DNA from: an uncultured virus (IMG/VR IMGVR_UViG_3300031951_000030)
Lineage: Duplodnaviria; Heunggongvirae; Uroviricota; Caudoviricetes
Length of the DNA: 64,000 nucleotides
Strand: one strand, 5' to 3'
Virus record (IMG/VR): IMGVR_UViG_3300031951_000030
Below the pieces are notes generated by a model. That model was not told the origin of the DNA and made no database searches. It was given only the letters and a program-made list of their open reading frames with translations. Position 1 is the stretch's first letter. The number at the start of each line of letters is the position of its first letter. This document shows positions 18,765 through 28,655 of this stretch, piece by piece. A program made the translations under genes and the position numbers.

Positions 18765-19756
18765 TATGGTTTCGAATTTGGATTGTATTGATGTTTGTTT
18801 GTTTTATACCACTCAATGGTTTCTTTTAGAGCTTGTTTTAAATCTCTTTTTGGTTTCCAACCCAAATCATTAATCTTTTTAGAAGATAATAATCGAATCG
18901 GAATCATTGGTGCTTTATTATTTACATACTCAATAGGATTAGTGTTTCCATCTAATTCTTTAATTGTGGCAAGTGTTTCGTTTACTGTAAATCCTTCACC
19001 ATAACATACATTGAAAATATCATATGTATCATTGTTCTCTGCAACAAAGATAAAACCATCTGCCATATCTTCAACGTGCAACAAATCTCTCACTTCTGTT
19101 CCATCCCCCCAAACAGGAATAGGATTCAATCCATCTGCTACTTTACGGATGTTAGCAGGAGTAACGTGACACTTTTCGTAATCAAATTTATCATTTGGTC
19201 CGAATGCATTAGATGGTCTAACAATCAAACATTGCATTGGTTCGTGAATCTGATTAGAAAAGAAATCACATAACATCTCACCATACCGTTTCATACCACC
19301 AACTGCTTTGTAAACTGGTAACATTGGAGTTGCGTGTACATTTATATCTTCAGTACAAAATTCAGTACCCATATCTGGATATGTTGTATTTGATGAAATA
19401 AATAAGAATTTACGAACTTTATTTTTCCAACTTTGTTCCATTAAATTCGTATTCATCTCCACATTTGGAGTGACGTGAAGTAATGGATTGAATTTGGTAT
19501 CCAACGCGTTTGATGTATTTGCTGCACAATGGAATACTACATCTACATCTTTACTAACCAACTCACAAAACTCTGCAGTTTGTAAATCTCCTTTAATGTG
19601 TTCTACATTTTCAGTACCTTCGAAATCGTTTCTTAAATCTCTACTAAATGAGGTTGAGCGTAGGTTTTTGTACCCCTTTTCCCAAAGTAATCTTAATAAA
19701 TGTGAACCAATAAATCCACTTGCACCTGTAACTAAAATCTTGTCTGTTTTTTTCAT
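18764..19756 (-). CDS. NAD-dependent epimerase/reductase (GDP-L-fucose synthase-like extended SDR)
   Basis: GASGFIG, HCAA, ISS, RPSNAFGPND and VWGDGTEVRDLLHVED. Confidence 0.88.
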   Translation of the reverse strand: MKKTDKILVTGASGFIGSHLLRLLWEKGYKNLRSTSFSRDLRNDFEGTENVEHIKGDLQTAEFCELVSKDVDVVFHCAANTSNALDTKFNPLLHVTPNVEMNTNLMEQSWKNKVRKFLFISSNTTYPDMGTEFCTEDINVHATPMLPVYKAVGGMKRYGEMLCDFFSNQIHEPMQCLIVRPSNAFGPNDKFDYEKCHVTPANIRKVADGLNPIPVWGDGTEVRDLLHVEDMADGFIFVAENNDTYDIFNVCYGEGFTVNETLATIKELDGNTNPIEYVNNKAPMIPIRLLSSKKINDLGWKPKRDLKQALKETIEWYKTNKHQYNPNSKP

Positions 19757-19764
19757 AACTTTTT

Positions 19765-20808
19765 TTATTTAAATATATCCCATTTTAAAACTACATCATT
19801 TACAAATTTATGAGTTAATATGGATGATGTGTGTCCATACCAACTTCTTTCTAAATACTTTTTTTGTTCCTCAATACTCATACCGTTCATCTCTCTCCAT
19901 AAAACTTTTGGCAGATTATCTTTCTCCAATTCGAAATTAAAATTTCTTATACTCCATTCTATTATTCCTCCGTATAAAGATACTAAATTTTCTTCAAAAA
20001 ACCAAAAATATCTACTAAAATCTATCTTATCTGCATAAGTTTTTACATACGCATTATCAAATTCTAATTGTTTTTGTTCCCAAGTATTACAAATATCTTT
20101 ATTTTCAATTATACACTCATAAACTGATTTATTGGTTGGTGTATGATAATATGGTGGGGTTCTACCTTCTCTTAAATAATTTTTAGAAAAGTTATTACTC
20201 ATATTAAAAAACTTTATTTTTGTAATTCCATTTATTTCTAAAAAGTTGAGCAATAATAAAATATATTCGAACCATTCAAAATATCTTTCATTATAAGTCA
20301 TAACTTTATCCAACCATTCAAATGTAACTGGGTCTATATTAATAGGATTTTTGGTTGGATTGAAACCACCAGTTAAATGAAAATAACCATGTTCGTATTC
20401 TGTTGTTTTATCTTTACCACCTATTAAGTAATCACTGGTATGTACCCAGCTATCATTTTGTTTAATATAACTGATTGCAGGGTTTTTGTTAGATTCATAT
20501 TTTTCAGGTGAAATAAAAAATGAATTTCGTGTCAGAGTTGTCCATTGAGCAACTACCGATATATCATTTGGGTTTACACCTTGCTTTAATAAATCAGAAA
20601 CTTTGTAAATAATAGAACGAGCAATTGTTTTATTATCATGTGTAATAGTTCCATAATTATGTAATGTGTGTGTATCTTTTAATTTTTCTTGCAACCAATT
20701 GGCCCAAGTCCAATTTTCTATCGGGTCTCGTTCCCATCTTCTTTCATCACCAATATTAATTCTAAAATTGTTAGTAAATGAACAACCTGATACTACTATA
20801 TGTTTCAT
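19765..20808 (-). CDS. SGNH/GDSL-like hydrolase or acyltransferase (GCSFT family, paralog 1)
   Basis: N-terminal VVSGCSFT, central QWT...R, and a C-terminal His (YGHTS). Confidence 0.6.
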   Translation of the reverse strand: MKHIVVSGCSFTNNFRINIGDERRWERDPIENWTWANWLQEKLKDTHTLHNYGTITHDNKTIARSIIYKVSDLLKQGVNPNDISVVAQWTTLTRNSFFISPEKYESNKNPAISYIKQNDSWVHTSDYLIGGKDKTTEYEHGYFHLTGGFNPTKNPINIDPVTFEWLDKVMTYNERYFEWFEYILLLLNFLEINGITKIKFFNMSNNFSKNYLREGRTPPYYHTPTNKSVYECIIENKDICNTWEQKQLEFDNAYVKTYADKIDFSRYFWFFEENLVSLYGGIIEWSIRNFNFELEKDNLPKVLWREMNGMSIEEQKKYLERSWYGHTSSILTHKFVNDVVLKWDIFK

Positions 20809-21521
20809 ATATAATTTAATGTTTGTAATTTATTTGATAGAAAATTTGCCCACATTTCATGTCCTTCTTTATTAGGATGTTCATTTTCAGTTGTTTTAGT
20901 GTATCCACCAAATGTTTCTTTTAAAAAATTTGGATAATTTGATATTTCATTATCTGAAATCATGCAGTTATCCCATCCAAAAAAGTGCAAATGTTTATAA
21001 CCATTTAATTCCAAATATGCATATAGTGATTTTATATAATTTTTTGTTTTATTTATTTGATATTCTGTATCTAAAAAATATCTTATAAATCTTTGAAAAT
21101 CATTATCATATAATTCTATTAATTTTTTTCTGTCTTCATCCGTTCTATTATAATCTATATTTTCATTCATTACAAATTTAGTAAAATTCCCATAAAAATT
21201 TACATCTTTTAGTATTTTATCTGCCGATGCGTGTAATGCGTTTGGTATTGTAAAATACCAGTTCTTATTATTGTGTGTTGTAATAAGTTCTGTACGAATA
21301 TAATTCGTCCATTGAATTATTAATACATCTTCTTTTTTAAATTCTTCATTTAAAATATAAAATACTTTTCTAAAAACATAATCGTTGGATGCTCCACAAT
21401 TTCCAAAGTTATAACAATCTACTTTATGTTTTTCAGAAAGTAATTTTGTATAATTTTCTATTTCACAATTTTCTAACCCCTGACCTTCTGTAAACGAGCA
21501 TCCAACGGAATATAATTTCAT
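20805..21521 (-). CDS. SGNH/GDSL-like hydrolase or acyltransferase (paralog 2)
   Basis: SVGCSFTEG, NFGNCGASN, QWT...R and HPNKEGHEMWA. Confidence 0.72.
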   Translation of the reverse strand: MKLYSVGCSFTEGQGLENCEIENYTKLLSEKHKVDCYNFGNCGASNDYVFRKVFYILNEEFKKEDVLIIQWTNYIRTELITTHNNKNWYFTIPNALHASADKILKDVNFYGNFTKFVMNENIDYNRTDEDRKKLIELYDNDFQRFIRYFLDTEYQINKTKNYIKSLYAYLELNGYKHLHFFGWDNCMISDNEISNYPNFLKETFGGYTKTTENEHPNKEGHEMWANFLSNKLQTLNYI

Positions 21522-22519
21522 TACAATCTACTTTTGTATTCTAAAATTGATTTTGTTAAACCTTCTTTCAAAGATGTTTGTGGTAAAATTCCATATTTTT
21601 TTTGCTTATCAGCTCCTAAACATCTAATTGGGTCACCATTTGTTTTGGTTTCATCCCATACTATGTTTTTAGTTTTGCCTGTAATTTCGGTATAACACTC
21701 GACAATGGTTTCAATTGTATCTTTGATACTTACTGCTTCTGCACATCCAAAGTTGATAATATCCCTAACTTCTTTTTTAACAACATCAATCGATGCCTGT
21801 GCAACATCATCTCCAAATACAAAATCCCTTTTAGATGAACCATTACCCCAACAAACCATATCATCACCTTCTACATTGAATAGTTTCCAAATGTTAGATG
21901 ATATTACAGTTGCATCTTGTGCAAAGTTATCGTTTGTTCCGTAGATATTTGAAGGTCTGATTACAGTCCAATTATCCCAACCATACTGAACTCTCAATGA
22001 ATCCAAAGTAAGTTCTCCCATTCTTTTTGTCCAACCTGGATGCCAATCTAAACGAGATGGAGTTGATGCCCAAGTTTCTTCCTGATTCCATGTATCTTCT
22101 TCGTTCATTATATCTGCTGGTCTATAAACCCCAACCGATGAAAGATACACAAACCAATCAACTTTGGCATCAAACGATGCTTTAATCATATTGGTGTTAA
22201 ACATCAACATTGGGAATAGATAATCAGCAGGACAAGTTGATGACCTTGCTGGTGAACCTTTTACTCCTGCGATATGTAATACAATATTAATATCATCTAA
22301 CTTAAATAAATTCTCACAATGTGAAAGATATGTTAAATCGGTTTTAACCAATTCCAATCTATCTGTGTATTGTGCTTTTAAGAAGTTTAAATTTTCACTA
22401 AATTTAAGGTCTACTGCATATACTTTATCAGCTCCTTCTTCTAAACATTTTCTAACGGTTGGTAATCCTACCAACCCATTTGCTCCTGTAACCAGAACGG
22501 TTTTTCCTTTTAATTCCAT
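21521..22519 (-). CDS. NAD-dependent epimerase/reductase (GDP-fucose synthase/GDP-mannose epimerase-like)
   Basis: GANGLVG, HIAG, LSSVGVY, RPSNIYG and WGNGSSKRDFVF. Confidence 0.88.
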   Translation of the reverse strand: MELKGKTVLVTGANGLVGLPTVRKCLEEGADKVYAVDLKFSENLNFLKAQYTDRLELVKTDLTYLSHCENLFKLDDINIVLHIAGVKGSPARSSTCPADYLFPMLMFNTNMIKASFDAKVDWFVYLSSVGVYRPADIMNEEDTWNQEETWASTPSRLDWHPGWTKRMGELTLDSLRVQYGWDNWTVIRPSNIYGTNDNFAQDATVISSNIWKLFNVEGDDMVCWGNGSSKRDFVFGDDVAQASIDVVKKEVRDIINFGCAEAVSIKDTIETIVECYTEITGKTKNIVWDETKTNGDPIRCLGADKQKKYGILPQTSLKEGLTKSILEYKSRL

Positions 22520-22526
22520 TTTATTT

Positions 22527-23957
22527 TTATTTTGTTGTGTAATCTATTTTTATTTTTTCAAATATTTCATCAAAACACTCATAGTTTTCAAATGAGTATA
22601 TATGCTTTTGGTTATATAATAATATATCAATTATTGAATAATACCAATTATGTAATTCCTCAATTGGCATGTTTTTTAGTTTAATTAATTCTTTTTCTAA
22701 AAGTAACATTCGCTTTTTAGGGTCTTTTTCTAAATCATAACTTTCATCTATAAATGGTTCAAAGGTTTTAAACCCTAATCTCCGTAATTCTGCTAATGTT
22801 AAATAATCCCCAAATACTAAAAATGGTTGTAAATTTGATATTGGTTTAAATATTTTTTCTGAAAGGAATACGTTTGGTCCAAAGAATGTTTCGGTTACTA
22901 AATGAAAATATGAATTTGCGTACCATTCTTTTTTATTATTTCTAACTCCAAATGCTCTTTTTTTATCAGATGGCAATTCCTTTGTATCATCTTCATAAGG
23001 TAATAATTTCTCTAATTCAGATGTATATTTTTCAACATTTTCCTCCGTATCCTCATATACTTTATTTACAATATTTTTTAATATATTTTTTTCTAATTTT
23101 TCAATAAATGTAAATAATCCATCTTTTAATAAATCGTATTTTAGTGCAAAATATCCCAACATAGTTCTTTGTGGTTTATTCATTGTTCTATTTGGGGATA
23201 AAAATTTATGTTTTCTAATTTTAGTGGAATCTAAATCTTTTTCTTCAAGTAACTCACACAAATATCCCAAATTACCAATCATTGGAAATGAATTTATTTC
23301 ATCGGCATATCCTCTTATAAATAAATGCCCATTATATATTTTTATTTTACTATCAGGATATATTTCATAGTATTCCGAAAATTTACTTCCTCCTAAAATT
23401 ATGATATTAGAAGCATCTACTCCTAATTCATTTAATTGGATTTCAAATTGTTGTATATTGTGTGAATCATATAAAGGGTCATGTATCATATTTACTAATA
23501 TTTTTACTTTGCCCGATTTAATTAAATCAAATAATTCAGGTTCTATAATGTCTTTTAAAAACCAAGTATATTCTGTATCATTTAACAAAAAACTGTTTTT
23601 ATTATGTAGTGCAGAAAGTGTATCTTTTATTTCTAATGGATATACATAAATGAAATCATCATCTTTAATTTGATTAAATGATATTATATTTTTAGGAAAA
23701 TTTCTAGAAAAATAATTAAACAATTCCGAATGGTCGAATTTTATACCCTTTTGTTCTGATTTATATTGTAGTATTTCATACCAATCTATTTTTAAATTGT
23801 TTTTTAAAACATATTGAATAAATTTAGTAATAACAGGATGCATTCCATTACCAAATGGCTTGAGTTGACCGTGGTCAATATACCAATCGGTATATATCAT
23901 TTTAAAATTTGAACCATGTATTGCATTCATATTAATATCTGTATATTTTTTTAACAT
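22527..23957 (-). CDS. putative glycosyltransferase, GT10-like C-terminal motif (paralog 2; start may be the ATG at 23930)
   Basis: YFHLVTET...FLSEKIFKPISNLQPFLVFG...GFKTFEPFIDESYD. Confidence 0.55.
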   Translation of the reverse strand: MLKKYTDINMNAIHGSNFKMIYTDWYIDHGQLKPFGNGMHPVITKFIQYVLKNNLKIDWYEILQYKSEQKGIKFDHSELFNYFSRNFPKNIISFNQIKDDDFIYVYPLEIKDTLSALHNKNSFLLNDTEYTWFLKDIIEPELFDLIKSGKVKILVNMIHDPLYDSHNIQQFEIQLNELGVDASNIIILGGSKFSEYYEIYPDSKIKIYNGHLFIRGYADEINSFPMIGNLGYLCELLEEKDLDSTKIRKHKFLSPNRTMNKPQRTMLGYFALKYDLLKDGLFTFIEKLEKNILKNIVNKVYEDTEENVEKYTSELEKLLPYEDDTKELPSDKKRAFGVRNNKKEWYANSYFHLVTETFFGPNVFLSEKIFKPISNLQPFLVFGDYLTLAELRRLGFKTFEPFIDESYDLEKDPKKRMLLLEKELIKLKNMPIEELHNWYYSIIDILLYNQKHIYSFENYECFDEIFEKIKIDYTTK

Positions 23958-24891
23958 TATTTCCTACATAATTGTTATCGTGAAAGAAACTTTCAAATAA
24001 CAATTCATTTTTTATATAATCTTTAGTACACATTAAATTAAAAATATTATCTGAAATTTCTGGTGATAGATTATAATTTATATTAGCATTCAGCATATCA
24101 TTTACGAAATTTTTAATTCCATCTACTATTTTTATTTTATCACTAAAGTATTTTTGATTTTCTGTATCGTTTTCGTTTATAAACTCACCATTAACAATAT
24201 CGATATATGTTCCAACTTTATCGGTAAATACTGATTCAAAGAATATGATATTGTTTTTAAAATTACATTTTTCAAAATCATAAAAACCTTTTGTATTTTT
24301 CAAATCTATATTTCCTTTATAGGTCATATACCTGCCTTTCAAATCCAAATCAAATGTTTTTTGTAAATAATATTGAGTAGTACCTTGATAACCACTATCT
24401 ACCATATATACATTTTTACATTCTCCAATCGTATTATTAATATATTTTCTATACGAATCTCTTAATACCTTTGATTTACCCAATATATCTGGAGCACATA
24501 AATTTAAATTTGGTAATCTATTTGAAGTATCAATTTGAATATCATTTTCAATAATGTAATTTATTTGAAATCTATCTTTAAGTAATTCGGATAAATTACC
24601 TTGGTATCTATGTAAATTAAATGATTCATAAACATCATATTCAGATACAAACGAAGATAGTGATGCCAATTTTCTTGATGTTTTAAAATAAACTGAATTT
24701 GGTAAATTATATTTTATTTTAAAATCTTGATATAATTGATTAAGAAAATATCCTTCTCGTGAGTTAAATAAAATCAAATCACCGTCTTTTACTTCATCTT
24801 TTAACCAATTAAAATAATTAAATACTAATGGTCCAAAAAAGATATAACCAAGTTCTTCCAATGATTCTGGATTTTTAACAATGTGGTCCAT
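23932..24891 (-). CDS. phosphoribosyltransferase-like glycan-modifying protein (gPRT-like)
   Basis: FFGPLV...WL, LFNSREGYFL, SRK and a PRPP-loop-like VDSGYQGTTQ. These match the C-terminal part of HAD-fused capsule proteins. Confidence 0.55.
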   Translation of the reverse strand: MDHIVKNPESLEELGYIFFGPLVFNYFNWLKDEVKDGDLILFNSREGYFLNQLYQDFKIKYNLPNSVYFKTSRKLASLSSFVSEYDVYESFNLHRYQGNLSELLKDRFQINYIIENDIQIDTSNRLPNLNLCAPDILGKSKVLRDSYRKYINNTIGECKNVYMVDSGYQGTTQYYLQKTFDLDLKGRYMTYKGNIDLKNTKGFYDFEKCNFKNNIIFFESVFTDKVGTYIDIVNGEFINENDTENQKYFSDKIKIVDGIKNFVNDMLNANINYNLSPEISDNIFNLMCTKDYIKNELLFESFFHDNNYVGNNVKKIYRY

Positions 24892-25322
24892 TATAAATAA
24901 ACTTTAAATGAAGGTATACCAAGTGAATTCCACAAATCAATTATTTCTTGTTTATCATCAAATGCACAAAACACATCATCTTTGATAAAATCATTGTACA
25001 TTTTTCGTTTTAATTCTACATCTTTAATATAATGATTTTCTTCACCTCTCATAAACAATCCATCATATTTAATCCCATATATTTCTAACCAATCCTGTGT
25101 AGAATTAAGTATCATTCGTGGTCTACTAGTTAGTATATAAATCCCATAATCATTATATAGGTGATTTATAATATCAATCATAGGTGCGTTTGGTTTATCT
25201 GATATTACATTTTTATAATCATATAAAACATCCCAATCGATACTACCATCAGATTTAGTTGCAAGTGCATACCTCTTTTTATTTATTGAAAGAGTATTAT
25301 CTATATCTACTATAACAATCAT
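24891..25322 (-). CDS. HAD-family phosphatase (PseT/PNKP phosphatase-domain-like)
   Basis: Motif I DIDNTL, motif II LTSR, Lys in ELKRK, and motif IV FDDK. Confidence 0.85.
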   Translation of the reverse strand: MIVIVDIDNTLSINKKRYALATKSDGSIDWDVLYDYKNVISDKPNAPMIDIINHLYNDYGIYILTSRPRMILNSTQDWLEIYGIKYDGLFMRGEENHYIKDVELKRKMYNDFIKDDVFCAFDDKQEIIDLWNSLGIPSFKVYL

Positions 25323-26518
25323 TTTCGTAAACCTTGTTCTTTATAAGTTACTGGTATTTTAATACCAGTATTACACCCATTACAATTATCACAAAATGTG
25401 ATGTATCCAAGTTCGGTAAATCCCAAATCAAACTTAATTAAATCTTTGGGGTATACTTCTGATAAATTTACATAATCATTTTCGTTTGGTGAAAACAATT
25501 TAGTTAGAACTGCGCTTGTATTAAGGTGACAATAATAAAACTTGCCATCATTCAATCCTCTAAATGGAGCAGTGCAACTATCAAAGTGATTTATGAGTTC
25601 TTCTTCACTCATATTATTTTTAATTCTCAAATCACCAAAATCATACCACTCGATATTATTCCTTACATAGTGATTGATATTTTTCTCTTGGTAAGTTCCT
25701 AAAACTCTATCAACTTTACTTTTTAATTTTTCTAATTTATTAGAGTAATTACTTACACTTAAAATAACATTATTATTTTTTAACACTTCTAGTATTTCTT
25801 CTTTTGGGAGGACTGTACCATTAGTGGTTATTATAAACTTATCAATCTTATCTGAATACTTTTCTAAAATGTATTCGATTACATCTTTGATATTTGGGTG
25901 TAAAAACGGCTCTCCACCAACTAAATGGAAAATACTTACATAATCAACAAGATTAAAATATAAGTCAATATCATTTAAGATAGTTTGAGTATCTCTGTGT
26001 TTTGGTAGTTCGTAATGTGGTATAAACATATTACAAAACGAACACGCCAAATTACATTTTTCAGTCACCAATACATCTGTTTGAAATATGTGAACCTTTT
26101 GTTTGTGTATAAATGGCCAAATAGATGCAATGTTTTTATACCAAGTATATTTTACATTTAGTTTATCTAAATATTCTTTATAGTATTGTCTATACTCATC
26201 TGATGTGATAATTACATTTTCACCAGTTGGTTCAAAGTTATCTATATGAACTAATTTTAAATTCTCACGAGTGTTGACGAGGTTTTTTGATTGATGATAA
26301 AATGAACTAATTTCGTTTACATTCAATATAGTTGATTCATCTTTAACATCGTGGTCAACTATGTATTTTATTTTTAAAACATTATTACCCAACAAATAAT
26401 CTACACTTCTAATAAATTGGACACACTCTTTACTTGCACCGAATAGAACATATTCGGTTTCAGTATCCCATTCTTGGATAAATTTCTCAAAATTATGTAG
26501 ATTAGGATTATATTTCAT
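25319..26518 (-). CDS. radical SAM enzyme with an N-terminal Rossmann-like domain
   Basis: CNLACSFC, LVGGEPFLHP and TTNGT; C-terminal C...YYC...CDNCNGC cluster; N-terminal YVLFGAS. Confidence 0.88.
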   Translation of the reverse strand: MKYNPNLHNFEKFIQEWDTETEYVLFGASKECVQFIRSVDYLLGNNVLKIKYIVDHDVKDESTILNVNEISSFYHQSKNLVNTRENLKLVHIDNFEPTGENVIITSDEYRQYYKEYLDKLNVKYTWYKNIASIWPFIHKQKVHIFQTDVLVTEKCNLACSFCNMFIPHYELPKHRDTQTILNDIDLYFNLVDYVSIFHLVGGEPFLHPNIKDVIEYILEKYSDKIDKFIITTNGTVLPKEEILEVLKNNNVILSVSNYSNKLEKLKSKVDRVLGTYQEKNINHYVRNNIEWYDFGDLRIKNNMSEEELINHFDSCTAPFRGLNDGKFYYCHLNTSAVLTKLFSPNENDYVNLSEVYPKDLIKFDLGFTELGYITFCDNCNGCNTGIKIPVTYKEQGLRK

Positions 26519-26521
26519 ATA

Positions 26522-27151
26522 TTAAAATACTACCCATTTACCACTTCCGTAGTGCGGATACTTTGATTTATATTTGTAGTGAATTACATCGGATGGAATA
26601 TCTTTCTTTTTATTCCAAGTTGCTTCCGTTGGTGTGTAAGTTGAAACATCATTATCTTCAACTATAAAATGTAAAGGTAAATCAAAATTTCTAGCGTATT
26701 TATGAACTTCATAGAATATACCACTCTCAAAACTCATATCTCCTATAAATACCCAAACCTTTTCATCACTACCTTTGGCCTTAATTCCCATTGCTACACC
26801 CAATGCAATAGAAAGAGTTCCACCTACAATTGCGGATGAATAAAACTTCTCATCTATCTTACAAAGAGTTATAGATTTACCATCAAGTATTTCATCGGTA
26901 ATCCATTGTGGAGATATTCCTTTTAATAAAGCATGGTAGTGAGACCTCCAAGTTGAAAACACCCAATCGTTTTTAGATATTCTTTTGAATACCTCTATTA
27001 GTTGTTCTTCATTTCCGTTTGATAAGTGAATTGGTCCTCTGATTTTACCATCTTCCCAGTTTTGAACTATATCATTCTCAAACTGAATGAGTTCTTCTGC
27101 ATTCCAATTATGTTCTCTAACTATTGGATATTGTTCTAAATTTTGTATCAT
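26522..27151 (-). CDS. TPP-dependent enzyme, E1-alpha-like subunit (short)
   Basis: GPIHLSNGNE, STWRSHYHAL, SAIVGG, and the TPP motif GDMSFESG...VEDN. Confidence 0.88.
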   Translation of the reverse strand: MIQNLEQYPIVREHNWNAEELIQFENDIVQNWEDGKIRGPIHLSNGNEEQLIEVFKRISKNDWVFSTWRSHYHALLKGISPQWITDEILDGKSITLCKIDEKFYSSAIVGGTLSIALGVAMGIKAKGSDEKVWVFIGDMSFESGIFYEVHKYARNFDLPLHFIVEDNDVSTYTPTEATWNKKKDIPSDVIHYKYKSKYPHYGSGKWVVF

Positions 27152-27684
27152 CTATCTCTTTTTTGTAGTATTGGATTGTTTGTTGGCCATTCCATTTGAT
27201 ATTCAGGGTCATTCCACTTTACCACACCTTGTTCATTTGCATCCACATAACCGTCTTTGTAAAATAAGTTATAGTGAAACATACAATCAGTTAATGCATA
27301 GTGTCCGTTTGCAAATCCTGGTGGAACTAATACCTGATTTCTTAATCTTTCCGTTATAATAAAACTTTCCCACTCCCCAAAGGTAGGACTATTTTCTCTC
27401 ATATCCAAAACAACTAAATAGATATCACCTACTGCTGCTTGTACCAATTTCCAAGTCTTTTTATCCCAGTGTAATCCTCTCAATACACCTTTATAAGAAC
27501 GAGAGAATCTACCATGTACTTCACATTTGCCATCGATATAATCAACTATTGGGTGCTCAATTGAATGAAATGTTGTCCATATTTCACCTCTGTATTCTCT
27601 AAATACGGATGGTTGAAATACTGGAACCTCATGTCCAAATTTTTTTGATGGAGTAATTTGAAACTCATCCCATTTACTACTCAT
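27148..27684 (-). CDS. rmlC: dTDP-4-dehydrorhamnose 3,5-epimerase family protein
   Basis: RG..., SRSYKGVLRGLH, KLVQ...G.IY.V.LDMR..SPTFG.W, VPPGFANG and WNDP. Confidence 0.9.
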   Translation of the reverse strand: MSSKWDEFQITPSKKFGHEVPVFQPSVFREYRGEIWTTFHSIEHPIVDYIDGKCEVHGRFSRSYKGVLRGLHWDKKTWKLVQAAVGDIYLVVLDMRENSPTFGEWESFIITERLRNQVLVPPGFANGHYALTDCMFHYNLFYKDGYVDANEQGVVKWNDPEYQMEWPTNNPILQKRDR

Positions 27685-27685
27685 A

Positions 27686-28651
27686 TTATGTATTATTTGC
27701 GTATCCTAAAGGAAATCCATTTCTAAATTCTGCTCCCATTTTTGGAACAATCATTTGGTATGCGTGAATTAATTCTTCGATACCTCTATCTAACCCCCAC
27801 TCTGGTACCCATCCAGTTTCCTCTAGCTTTGCGTTAGAAACTATGTAATCCCTCTTATCGGGGTCTTCGTAATAATCGTTGTATGATACGGCAAAATCCT
27901 TTACCTGGGATTGAATCTTTTCTAATAATTCTTGCTTTGAAAGATTGGCATTACTCAACCCTACATTAAATACTTGTCCTTTATATTTTTCGTAATTTAT
28001 AATCATAAATAAAAATGTAAATGCTACATCTTGAATATGAATAAAATTTCTCTTAAAGTTTTTCTCAAATACTACAATGTATTTATCAGTAATTGCTTTA
28101 TAAACAAAATCGTTTACCAATAAATCGGTTCTCATACGAGGTGATACACCAAATACAGTTGCCAATCTAAATGTAATTGCCGATGTGGTTGCTCTTAAAA
28201 AAGTTTCAGCATCACACTTTGTTTGTCCATACACTGATATAGGTGTTAAAGGTGAATCTTCGGTGCATTCAGTTTGTCCAACTCCAATACCATAACCACT
28301 ATTTGTATTTGGATATAAAATTTTTTTATCCTTTGCAAATTTTACTATGTTACATATTTGGTCAAAATTGATTTCCCTTGCCAGCTTTGGGTCTGCTGCG
28401 CAAGCTGGGAACCCAACAATTGCAGCTAATGGAATTATTACATCAGCTTCATTACACAACTTTTCTAAAAGAGATTCATTACGAACATCTCCATATATGA
28501 ATTTGAATTTAGGATTTGAAGTATATTGTAATAATGAGGTTTGATTAAATAATAGTTTATCCAATACTACTACCTTATAGTTTTGTTCCAATAACATACC
28601 AACTAATACAGAACCCAAATAACCTGCACCACCTGTAATTAATACTTTCAT
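27686..28651 (-). CDS. NAD-dependent nucleotide-sugar epimerase/dehydratase
   Basis: GGAGYLGS, LAAIVG, catalytic YGQTK, and RLATVFGVSPRMRTDLLVNDF. Confidence 0.9.
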   Translation of the reverse strand: MKVLITGGAGYLGSVLVGMLLEQNYKVVVLDKLLFNQTSLLQYTSNPKFKFIYGDVRNESLLEKLCNEADVIIPLAAIVGFPACAADPKLAREINFDQICNIVKFAKDKKILYPNTNSGYGIGVGQTECTEDSPLTPISVYGQTKCDAETFLRATTSAITFRLATVFGVSPRMRTDLLVNDFVYKAITDKYIVVFEKNFKRNFIHIQDVAFTFLFMIINYEKYKGQVFNVGLSNANLSKQELLEKIQSQVKDFAVSYNDYYEDPDKRDYIVSNAKLEETGWVPEWGLDRGIEELIHAYQMIVPKMGAEFRNGFPLGYANNT

Positions 28652-28655
28652 AATT

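Noticed and set aside
17093..27151. Calling the E1 alpha/beta genes pdhA/pdhB (central-metabolism auxiliary genes)
   Set aside because: Both are truncated, no E2/E3 genes are in the window, and the context is nucleotide-sugar biosynthesis.
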